Positions 40,401 to 48,046 of a stretch of 55,990 nt of DNA are shown piece after piece. The stretch is taken from positions 1 to 55,990 of the forward strand of contig JAHECK010000004.1 in the NCBI GenBank assembly GCA_024641785.1, in the 5' to 3' direction. The notes under the pieces are model-generated. The model searched no databases. It was not told where the DNA came from and saw only the letters and a list, made by a program, of their open reading frames with translations. This stretch comes from Flavobacteriales bacterium. GTDB lineage: Bacteria; Bacteroidota; Bacteroidia; Flavobacteriales_D; JAHECK01. A program made the position numbers and the translations under genes. Every line of letters starts with the position of its first letter. The stretch's first letter is position 1.

Positions 40401-43400
40401 GCATCCATTACATTTACAATATAAGATCCTTCCTCAAGATTTGTAAACGTATTATCTGCCGAATAATTAATTCCATCGATCGAATACTGATAAGGGCTGG
40501 TGCCTGTTGTTCCATTTACCGTAACACTTCCCAAATTGCCATTATTGCAAAGAATATTCTGTTGAGAATAAATAGATCCTTGAAGTAAACTCTCCTGCAA
40601 TACTGCAACCTCAACAGAGTCAGAACAGCCATCATCATCAATTACCCAGGTTTGATATACTCCATTATCTAATCCTGTTGCATGCCCTCCCGGTATGAAT
40701 GTTCCGTTCACATAAAAATCATAGCCCGGGTCTCCTCCACTTGCACTTAACCAAAATTCTCCGGTCGCATCATCCACACAATTAATATTCATAACTGAAT
40801 CTAATTGAATTTCAAGAGTTTGAACACTATTAAGCAAGCTGGTTATAGTCGCCACACAGCCATTGTCATCTGTAACAAGCACCGTATAGAATCCTTCTCC
40901 TAAATTATTAAAAGAGCCTCCCGCTTGAGGAGGATTTCCATTGAGTTGGAAAGTAAAAGGATATAAACCTGAAATTACCCCAACACTTAAAGCACCATTA
41001 TTCACTGTCTCACAAGATGGTGGTGTTTGTGTTGCCCAAGCTAATGATAGTGGAGATGTAGCAACGATGGAAAAATTTTCACTGCTTGTACAGCCATTTG
41101 CATCTACAACATAAAAAGTATAATTCCCTACACCAAGGTTTGAAAAAAGAGGATTTATTTGAAAATTAATATTATCCAAAGAATACATTTTTGGAGAGGT
41201 CCCTCCTGTTCCGGCTCCGGAAACAGAGCCGTTTGTATCGATCATACATGAAACATTTACCACCCCCATAATTTCGGCGTCCAATGCGAAATTTGGTTCA
41301 TTTACAACTATAATTTCTGTAATGATACAACCATTAGCATCTATAAAATCTATATTATAGGTCCCAGCAAAAAGAGAGGGTATCATTGTATTAGCCGTTA
41401 GCCAGGCACCGCTATTAATTCTGTAATTATAGGGTGATTGCCCTCCGCTAATAGAAAAATAGATAATTCCATTTTCTCCACCATAACATAAAACATCTTG
41501 AATTGAATCGATGGAAACTGAAAATAAAGGGACCCCAATAATATTAACATTTTGAACAGTTTCACAAAGATTTGTATCTACGATCGTTACACTGTAGGGA
41601 CCTGCACTTAAACCAGTATAAAAAGGAACAGACTGCAATGGACCAGCGTTTAATGCGTATTGATAAGGCTCTGCACTTCCATTTGGACTTAAATAAATTG
41701 CTCCATCGCTATCTCCAAAACAAGTGGGTGCTAACAATGAATCTACATTTACAGAGGGTGCAGCAATCGCTTCAATTGTAAAGGTAGAATCATAAATACA
41801 GGCATTTGCATCTTGTATCCAAAAAGTATGGTCCCCCGGAGTTAAGCCACTAAAAATGAAAACCGGTGAATAGGCATTTCCATCTGAGGAATAGCTATAA
41901 GGAGCTATTCCGTCCTGACCTTGAATTTCCAGAGTTCCATTTGGCGAACCCGGACAAAGTGCCGTACTTCCCGATACTAGTTCAATATGAATTTGATTCT
42001 GTTGGGCCAAAGTAATTGTAGTGTCAAAAAGACATCCGTTCTGATCCTGGATCAAGAAAAAATAAGTAGAATCACTAAGACCGGTAAACAAGCCATTGAC
42101 TTCCCAATTTGAACCAAAATCAATCGAATAACTATAAGGTCCGGTCCCATTATTTCCTAATAAATCAATAAGGCCATCCATACTTTGTTCACATATCGGA
42201 TCAACAAGGTTTTGAACTGACGCTCCAACCGAGGAAGATTCAAAAAGATACACACTTGAAACGACGCTGCATCCGAGATCTGATAGAAGCGTAATCGTAT
42301 GAGGACCAATAGAAACATTGCTAAATACATTTGATAATTGCGGAATTCCATTATCTAAAATATATTGATAGGGAGCTACACCACCCGATCCTATCACCGT
42401 AATAGCACCGTCACTCGCTGTGCCGCAGATCGCATCCGTAACAATAAGATCATCGATCAGAAGGTCATTGGTTTCGACTAAATCTATAATAATACTAGCA
42501 GTACATAAATTAGCATCTAAAACATCGATCGTATAGGTGCCGGAAGACAAAGAAGTGAAAAGACCGGTCGACTGATTCGGATTTCCATTGAGGGAATAAG
42601 TATAAGGACCTACTCCTCCACTTGCTCCTACTTCAATTGAACCATTTGATGAAATATCACAATAGACATCTACTTTATTGATCAATGAAATGCTTAAGGG
42701 ACTTTGACTCCCAAGAATATAGGTTAAGGTAAATACACAGCCATTAGCATCTCTAACTTTAAACACATAAGACCCAGAGACCAATCCGGTAAAAATTCCT
42801 GAAATTTGCCATGGATTCGTTCCATTTCTATATTCATAGGGTCCAACTCCACCTGCACCTATCAGTTCAAGACTCCCGTTATTAGCTCCTGAACATAATG
42901 GTATTTGTACGTTTTGAATTTGAAAATATAAGCTATCAGGTTCCTGAATTGTTATAAGACTATCGATTTCACAATCATTATCATCGATGGCAGTAATTTG
43001 ATAATCTCCGGCTCCAAGACTGCCAAAAAAAGGGGTATTTACATCATTTGCTCCATCGAGTTGAAAGGTATAAGGAGGATCTCCTCCAATAACTTCAAAT
43101 GAAATTTCACCACCGGTTCCATTAAAGCAATTCGGATCAATAAGGTTAAAATTAGCCAGATTAAATGGTAATGGTTCAGTAAATAAGAGTGAAATGGAGT
43201 CGGTACACCCGTTCAGATCTTCCAGCCAAAACTGATATTGACCCGCCGTTAGGTTGCTAAATAATCCGCTATCTTGATAAGAAATTCCATCAACGGAAAA
43301 AATATATGGAGAAGTCCCTAACTCCCCAAGTAATTGAACCGAACCTGAAGCGGAACCATAACAGTCGATATTAATCTGATTAATAGCAACAATATTTATT

Positions 43401-43942
43401 TGAGATAGAGCAAGTATTTCAGTATTAACAGTATCCGTGTGACCAACTCCATCGACGGCAATGATCTGATAATTTCCACTTCCTAAATTATAGAAATCTC
43501 CATCCGATTGAAAATTCGCCCCTCCATCAATAGAATACTGAAAAGGAGCACAACCAGATGATGCTGAAACAATAATAAACCCATCTGTATTTCCAAAGCA
43601 AGCTACATCAGCCCATTGGAAAACACTTATGACTAATTGACTAGCTATATCAATGTTAAAATTGATTGTAAAAACAGCATCATTTGCATCGTTAATGACG
43701 ATACTATGATCTCCAACAACTAAATTTAAAAAATCACCATTCGACTGAATGATTGATGCATCAAGTGTATAGGTATATGGAGGAAGCCCATCTAAACCAA
43801 TTACTGATATCGACCCAATAGAAGGAAGTTCACATCCCGGCTGATTTATGGACACAATTTCTCCCGACAGGTCTTGACCTGTTACAAATAATGGAAGCAA
43901 AAGCAACCATAGGAGATACCATTTTTTTAACCCACCCTCCAT
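37436..43942 (-). CDS. large SprB-repeat surface adhesin with PKD domain and T9SS type B (gliding-motility-associated) CTD
   Basis: Signal peptide. About 25 repeats of ~75-78 aa (C.G...G.I.....GG..PY.YS.DG......F.GL..G.Y...V.D.NGC). PKD-like WDFGDG...PEHTY...G.Y. CTD-B VYIPNSFSPDGDGINDVF...IYDRSG...WDG...YVY...GTVNLLR. Confidence 0.93.
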   Translation of the reverse strand: MEGGLKKWYLLWLLLLPLFVTGQDLSGEIVSINQPGCELPSIGSISVIGLDGLPPYTYTLDASIIQSNGDFLNLVVGDHSIVINDANDAVFTINFNIDIASQLVISVFQWADVACFGNTDGFIIVSASSGCAPFQYSIDGGANFQSDGDFYNLGSGNYQIIAVDGVGHTDTVNTEILALSQINIVAINQINIDCYGSASGSVQLLGELGTSPYIFSVDGISYQDSGLFSNLTAGQYQFWLEDLNGCTDSISLLFTEPLPFNLANFNLIDPNCFNGTGGEISFEVIGGDPPYTFQLDGANDVNTPFFGSLGAGDYQITAIDDNDCEIDSLITIQEPDSLYFQIQNVQIPLCSGANNGSLELIGAGGVGPYEYRNGTNPWQISGIFTGLVSGSYVFKVRDANGCVFTLTYILGSQSPLSISLINKVDVYCDISSNGSIEVGASGGVGPYTYSLNGNPNQSTGLFTSLSSGTYTIDVLDANLCTASIIIDLVETNDLLIDDLIVTDAICGTASDGAITVIGSGGVAPYQYILDNGIPQLSNVFSNVSIGPHTITLLSDLGCSVVSSVYLFESSSVGASVQNLVDPICEQSMDGLIDLLGNNGTGPYSYSIDFGSNWEVNGLFTGLSDSTYFFLIQDQNGCLFDTTITLAQQNQIHIELVSGSTALCPGSPNGTLEIQGQDGIAPYSYSSDGNAYSPVFIFSGLTPGDHTFWIQDANACIYDSTFTIEAIAAPSVNVDSLLAPTCFGDSDGAIYLSPNGSAEPYQYALNAGPLQSVPFYTGLSAGPYSVTIVDTNLCETVQNVNIIGVPLFSVSIDSIQDVLCYGGENGIIYFSISGGQSPYNYRINSGAWLTANTMIPSLFAGTYNIDFIDANGCIITEIIVVNEPNFALDAEIMGVVNVSCMIDTNGSVSGAGTGGTSPKMYSLDNINFQINPLFSNLGVGNYTFYVVDANGCTSSENFSIVATSPLSLAWATQTPPSCETVNNGALSVGVISGLYPFTFQLNGNPPQAGGSFNNLGEGFYTVLVTDDNGCVATITSLLNSVQTLEIQLDSVMNINCVDDATGEFWLSASGGDPGYDFYVNGTFIPGGHATGLDNGVYQTWVIDDDGCSDSVEVAVLQESLLQGSIYSQQNILCNNGNLGSVTVNGTTGTSPYQYSIDGINYSADNTFTNLEEGSYIVNVMDATGCMAEVEVEIFLLTQLNLQLNNISPPSCFGYDDAVVSFSISNGIGPYEYALDGGGLDVSNTFMGLYSGDHYVYAEDSQGCNDSLSFVINDPQEVQIIIDSIGFASCFGMSDAFIALSAENTSGIVNYTLSPGSVSNTNGLFTGLGDGTYTISISDGNFCTNDTVIEINSPSSLGILINEINPLNCFGDENAIVEVIVSGGTAPYYYFIDTLSNGTNQFINNLDAGIHEIMVLDSNNCQAEFSFTIEEPDSIYLQNDIISNVSCFGFNNGSAFFNANGGSGDLEYELNTSEISTIGSFNNLASALYTLYISDTSGCSIEYEFEITEPSVLLIDTILTTNPTCFGDANGSFSIAVSGGTPSYNYFIPGIGNFTDTIVSNLNDGAYYISITDQYGCNVSQIVSLYEAEPFDIDVLALVPPACFGDSTATVLVGSSGGNGGTTYGLSIDELQTSDTFHNLYPGMTQFFGVDSLGCSDSTFVFIPNALEIFIVPVVEDVSCFGFDDGSIELIGSGGNPSYTFSMDQVTWLNSGVFNGLIANEYTLYIKDSNGCIEDSSIVVSQPDSLIINVSSIHPVTCSDLNSGVINIEISGGSTPYQSDLNNSTQLGSYVSFDGLPIGSYQIITTDSNGCIAMLDTSLLQIENMSAFIEAVELNCFGDDNGVATVQYSGGSGQFLFQWDNSTNDVTTSTQANLEAGITYSVMVIDSLDNNCFTIASVTPTEPPQIEFELYPFSPSCDPSDLWMNVEVVSGGVEPLQFVLNDEDPVSSSFFSDLNEVSSRFKVIDANGCFVSQWMVPENPNVIEAFFEVSDDVVSMAEGEVIFTDLSGNSALMEWDFGDGVLVSGSPGDQALGEFTSGQMLAPEHTYKSFGVYMAVLSVSSDFGCEDEYEKSITVKEDHRVYIPNSFSPDGDGINDVFKVEGSTIDEKGFIMRIYDRSGVLVFQSFDRSLGWDGNSNNGAAMQPIVYVYMVSYYSGGRLFEKNGTVNLLR

Positions 43943-44077
43943 AATTCTAGGTTTAATCTACTGATTTTGAAGATTATAATGTGTTTTATTAAGCCGTGCT
44001 ACTCAGGCCTTGGTTCAGGTTCTAAGAGGCTTTCAATAATACGAAATTTTATCTAATCTGAGGATAGAGTCAAAAGC

Positions 44078-44102
44078 AAAAGACCCGTAAATACGGGCCT
44101 TT
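44078..44102 (-). terminator. intrinsic terminator of the Asp-box T9SS gene
   Basis: Minus strand AAAGGCCCGUA-UU-UACGGGUC-UUUU, about 20 nt after the stop. Confidence 0.75.
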
Positions 44103-44123
44103 CAACAACTTACAAATAACCTT

Positions 44124-46046
44124 TTATCTATTGATAAATAATTTTTTACTCAATGCATTTCCATTCACAGCTATTTCAACAAAATAAATTCCATTATTAA
44201 AACCGGAAGTATTTAATATATATTGATGTGAACCACTATATAAGTTAGCTTTAGCAAGATCTGCCACTTTTTGACCAAGTGAATTAAACACAGAAATTGT
44301 AACATGAGATTCCTCAAGCATTGTAAATTTTATTAAGGAATAATCTTGAGCCGGATTAGGCATTATATTAAATGAAGTTACATTTTGTTCGATATCATTA
44401 ACAGACATAGGTATAAATTCAGATTCATCGAATCCAATTCCCTTTACATAAGCAAAATTAGTAATCGCTAATTCCCCCGAAAAATCAGGTACACATACGT
44501 AGGGTAATTCATAGTCAAAATCATCTCCTCCCGTTATACAAACCGGAGACATCGTTGCATAAATAGCCACCGTTTCAACATCGGTATCTAGGGTAAGATT
44601 TTTTACTTCTGTCCAGGTGTTATTTGTTACATCAATACCCCTTCCAAAAATGTCTGGTAGTTCATTATCTATCTCATCAACAGAAGTTAACCAACAGAAA
44701 AATAATTTTTCTCCATCTTCACTAACAGCAGCCTGTACATGGGTATATAGATCCTGGAAACTTGCTGCATCAAGAAATAGACCGGGACCTGAATTTTCAA
44801 TCGTTCCTATGATCATATCAGACCAGGTATTATCAGCATTACTTAGTGTATAATCCACTAAATAGCCCTCATAAAAGAAGCCCGTAAGATCTTCCGCATA
44901 CTGCATCACCTCACCTAAAACATGAAGGTCTCCATTGAGATCAACCACCGCATCAAAATCTCTGAAATAAGGCAAATTATTTAAAGCCGTACCTGAATTA
45001 GAATTTGCTATATCCAGTTCAGCTTGCAAAATCCATGACGCTCCATTATCCGTTGTTTTATAAACCACTGGCCGTTCTAATTCTCCATCATACTCATTTA
45101 AACAACCTCCAATGATCATATAACCAACACTTCCATCACTACTAAACGCACTGTTTATATTTCCATTTACAATAGGGAATCCTCCCGATAACTTAAAATC
45201 GGGTACAACAGCAGTATATTCCCAATCGAGTTCTTCGCTGCTTTCATTTATACTTCCTTTCCAAAAAGCATACTGCGTTAAATTTGTAATTTGATCTCCC
45301 GTCCAATTTGTTGAAATCGCATAGAAATCATCTCCTCCAACAACTAAACTACGACCCTGATAATCGACATTATATATTCCATTATCAGAGTCATTCAATG
45401 CTTGCAGAACTTGTTCATCGGCAGGTTCGCTTCCATCCATCTTTTGAGATCCAAAAAAAGTATGTGTCCAAATGGAATAGGCTCCACCAACCGAAACACA
45501 TGGTCCCATAGCGGCATAATAAGAATCATCCATAGTTCCACCTGCAGGAGTTAATAGTGCTCCCGAAGGATAACGATATCCATAAACGATAACTTCACCG
45601 TCGGGTGTTGCAAAATGAAGTCCATCATCACTTCCTCCAGTCGAATTTGAATCGACCATCATTGGGGTCAGCAGCTCATCGATTGTCCATGTAGCACCTC
45701 CATCAGTAGAGATATCATAACGCACGACTCCAGACCCTCCCAAACTAGGGAAAATGGAGACATCTTGTCTGTGAATAAAGCTAACGGCATCGAGTGCAGG
45801 ATTATAATGAACTTGATTTTGACTTGCATCGAGAATGGTATAAATATTAGAAGCGGTTCCAATGTAGATCGTTTCATTCATTTGTGATTTATCGATCACA
45901 GATCCAGAATTCGATTCATTTATTAAATGGTTATCTGAAGCAGTAGCTTCGTTCGATCTGGGAATGAGTTGCGATTGACTTGAAGATTGCGCAAAAAGCG
46001 TTGAAGCTGATATACAGATCAGCCCAATAAGTAAACGTTTTTTCAT
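44124..46046 (-). CDS. T9SS type A cargo protein with Asp-box/BNR motifs (probable beta-propeller)
   Basis: Signal peptide, Asp-boxes STDGGATW and TTDNGASW, and CTD-A IMPNPAQD...VFNSLGQKV...GIYFV...KKLFINR. Confidence 0.85.
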   Translation of the reverse strand: MKKRLLIGLICISASTLFAQSSSQSQLIPRSNEATASDNHLINESNSGSVIDKSQMNETIYIGTASNIYTILDASQNQVHYNPALDAVSFIHRQDVSIFPSLGGSGVVRYDISTDGGATWTIDELLTPMMVDSNSTGGSDDGLHFATPDGEVIVYGYRYPSGALLTPAGGTMDDSYYAAMGPCVSVGGAYSIWTHTFFGSQKMDGSEPADEQVLQALNDSDNGIYNVDYQGRSLVVGGDDFYAISTNWTGDQITNLTQYAFWKGSINESSEELDWEYTAVVPDFKLSGGFPIVNGNINSAFSSDGSVGYMIIGGCLNEYDGELERPVVYKTTDNGASWILQAELDIANSNSGTALNNLPYFRDFDAVVDLNGDLHVLGEVMQYAEDLTGFFYEGYLVDYTLSNADNTWSDMIIGTIENSGPGLFLDAASFQDLYTHVQAAVSEDGEKLFFCWLTSVDEIDNELPDIFGRGIDVTNNTWTEVKNLTLDTDVETVAIYATMSPVCITGGDDFDYELPYVCVPDFSGELAITNFAYVKGIGFDESEFIPMSVNDIEQNVTSFNIMPNPAQDYSLIKFTMLEESHVTISVFNSLGQKVADLAKANLYSGSHQYILNTSGFNNGIYFVEIAVNGNALSKKLFINR

Positions 46047-46124
46047 AGTAGTTAATTAGGTTAAACAATAGTTTTTTAAATATAATAAATCCTAATTAAT
46101 TAAATTTCACTCTTTTATAAAAAT

Positions 46125-46158
46125 AAAAAAGCCGTCCCGAAAATTCGGGACGGCTTTT
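46125..46158 (-). terminator. intrinsic terminator of PA-domain gene A
   Basis: Perfect inverted repeat AAAAGCCGTCCCGAA/TTCGGGACGGCTTTT with A and T tracts on both sides. Confidence 0.92.
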
Positions 46159-46176
46159 CAATAAAATTAATGATTC

Positions 46177-47916
46177 TTATTTAGAGATCACAACATTAAA
46201 GTTACTTACATTACCATTTGCGTAACGAAGACCAAAAGTATACATCCCTTTATCAAGATTTGATACATTTACTTTAAGAATTTCACCAGTACTAACACTA
46301 ACAGATTGTGTTTCAACTAATTTTCCGCTAATATCAAATATATTAATGGTAGTTAAACCAGAAACATTTTTCAAAGGAATACTAATGAAATCATTAGCAG
46401 GATTAGGGTATGGAGTAACGTCGATCACATTACTTACTTCATTAATTGAATTAGCATTTGCATCGAAAAAATGAACGGCAATACCAGGACAAATTTCTGT
46501 TCCAAATCCATTAGTATACCATGCTGTACCTTCTGAATTTGGGAAAATTGGTTGTAAATAATGGTTCTGAGTTGTCGAATAATCCAATTTAGAAGAGTTG
46601 AATCCTGTGAAAATATCGTCACTTTCGTAAGCGATACAGAATAAATATCTTGCGTCATCATCAAGAATAATAGTTTCTTCAAAAGGAGCATAAACATTTA
46701 CCTCATCCATATCTTCACCAACATATTCATAAACTCCTGAAGTTAAAAGATCAAGATCTACTTCATCAACACCTGTAAAAGCGGCATCATCTAGATCATC
46801 AAATTGAAGTGTCCATTCATAAGCATAAACAGAAATTACTTCTCCATCTATTGCTACTCCATTAGTACTAGTAGCAGCAAATGTTATCCCTTTTACTCCA
46901 ACACGACTTGCATTTGGATCTTGGAAAGCAACACATATCTGAATTTCACCATCAGGAGTAGAAGGTCTGTAATAAGTAATATTATCAGGTCCTTCAGCTT
47001 CACTTGGAATGTTAGCGTATGAAAATAAGGAATCACTCATTGAAAATGGAGCATCAAACATATCATCACTTGGAAAATCATCCGGAGTTCCAGAACTAAC
47101 GGAATAAACTAATTCATATACACCATTACCGTAAGAAGATTGACTAAAAGAAGGTAATTCAACAAACACGCTATCACCAGAAAGAACTTCAACAGGGACA
47201 GATGATTCACTGTAAACACTATTTCCATCGAAAGTAATATCAGCTGTTAACACAACATCTGATTGATCATTAACACCAAAATTAGTTACCCATACTCCAA
47301 GGTCTGGAGCAAACTCAGAAGCATCTTGCGAAAGTAATTGAATACTTGAAGCTTGAGGTGCTCTAATAACATCACTTGGCTTAATACCTAGGTCATTATC
47401 AAAATAACCAGTTTTATTACCAATAAAAACAAATAATCCACCTGCTTCAATTTCAGGTCGTAAACTTTCACCGGCAATTCGAGTGATCATAACTACAGGG
47501 ATCGTTACTTCAGCTCCAACAGCTCCTCCTCCCATTGCAATAGGATCTTGATCAGCGTAGGTAATGATAACAACGGCAACTGCTCCAGCTTCTTGACAGG
47601 CCAGTGCCTTTGCTCCAAATTCGCAAACACCTCTATAAAGTACTGCTACTTTTCCATCAACATCACTAATTACAGGAGGCTCACATACCAATGAATCAGC
47701 AGTTGCTGATCCATCATATGCCATTGCCATCTCAGCAAGTACAGCATTTGCAGGATTCAATAAATCTGGAACACTCCAGTCGGTACTAGCACTATCAGCA
47801 TACGTCATAACGTAATTTCCTTCAAGAGGAGAGGGTGCTTGAATATAAAATACAACCTGCGCCTGAGCAAAGGTGTAGCTTAAGGCAAAAAATAATAATA
47901 GTAAATTTCTTTTCAT
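46177..47916 (-). CDS. T9SS type A cargo with N-terminal PA (protease-associated) domain, paralog A
   Basis: Start reassigned to ATG 47916 by identity with paralog B. PA motif GKVAVLYRGVCEFGAKALACQEAGAVAVVII...MGGG...VTIPVVMI. CTD-A PYPNPAND...IFDISGKLV...GMYTF. Confidence 0.88.
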   Translation of the reverse strand: MKRNLLLLFFALSYTFAQAQVVFYIQAPSPLEGNYVMTYADSASTDWSVPDLLNPANAVLAEMAMAYDGSATADSLVCEPPVISDVDGKVAVLYRGVCEFGAKALACQEAGAVAVVIITYADQDPIAMGGGAVGAEVTIPVVMITRIAGESLRPEIEAGGLFVFIGNKTGYFDNDLGIKPSDVIRAPQASSIQLLSQDASEFAPDLGVWVTNFGVNDQSDVVLTADITFDGNSVYSESSVPVEVLSGDSVFVELPSFSQSSYGNGVYELVYSVSSGTPDDFPSDDMFDAPFSMSDSLFSYANIPSEAEGPDNITYYRPSTPDGEIQICVAFQDPNASRVGVKGITFAATSTNGVAIDGEVISVYAYEWTLQFDDLDDAAFTGVDEVDLDLLTSGVYEYVGEDMDEVNVYAPFEETIILDDDARYLFCIAYESDDIFTGFNSSKLDYSTTQNHYLQPIFPNSEGTAWYTNGFGTEICPGIAVHFFDANANSINEVSNVIDVTPYPNPANDFISIPLKNVSGLTTINIFDISGKLVETQSVSVSTGEILKVNVSNLDKGMYTFGLRYANGNVSNFNVVISK

Positions 47917-47997
47917 AGTATAAAATTTTAGTTTAAAAAATTGAGTAGGTGGTAAATATAATACATTCAATGTAATTATTTTTCAAACTTTTTTAAT

Positions 47998-48030
47998 AAA
48001 AAAACCGCTTCACAATGTGAAGCGGTTTTT
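47998..48030 (-). terminator. intrinsic terminator of PA-domain gene B
   Basis: Perfect inverted repeat AAAAACCGCTTCACA/TGTGAAGCGGTTTTT. Confidence 0.92.
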
Positions 48031-48046
48031 AATAAGTCTAATTTTC

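Noticed and set aside
37436-43942. Calling the adhesin sprB itself
   Set aside because: It has SprB-type repeats but lacks the sprC/sprD/sprF context and is much shorter than F. johnsoniae SprB. No gene symbol was assigned.
47917-47970. N-terminal extension MNVLYLPPTQFFKLKFYT of PA paralog A
   Set aside because: Paralog B starts at the equivalent MKRNLL with the same 21-nt UTR, and the extension covers the likely promoter. The true start is 47916.
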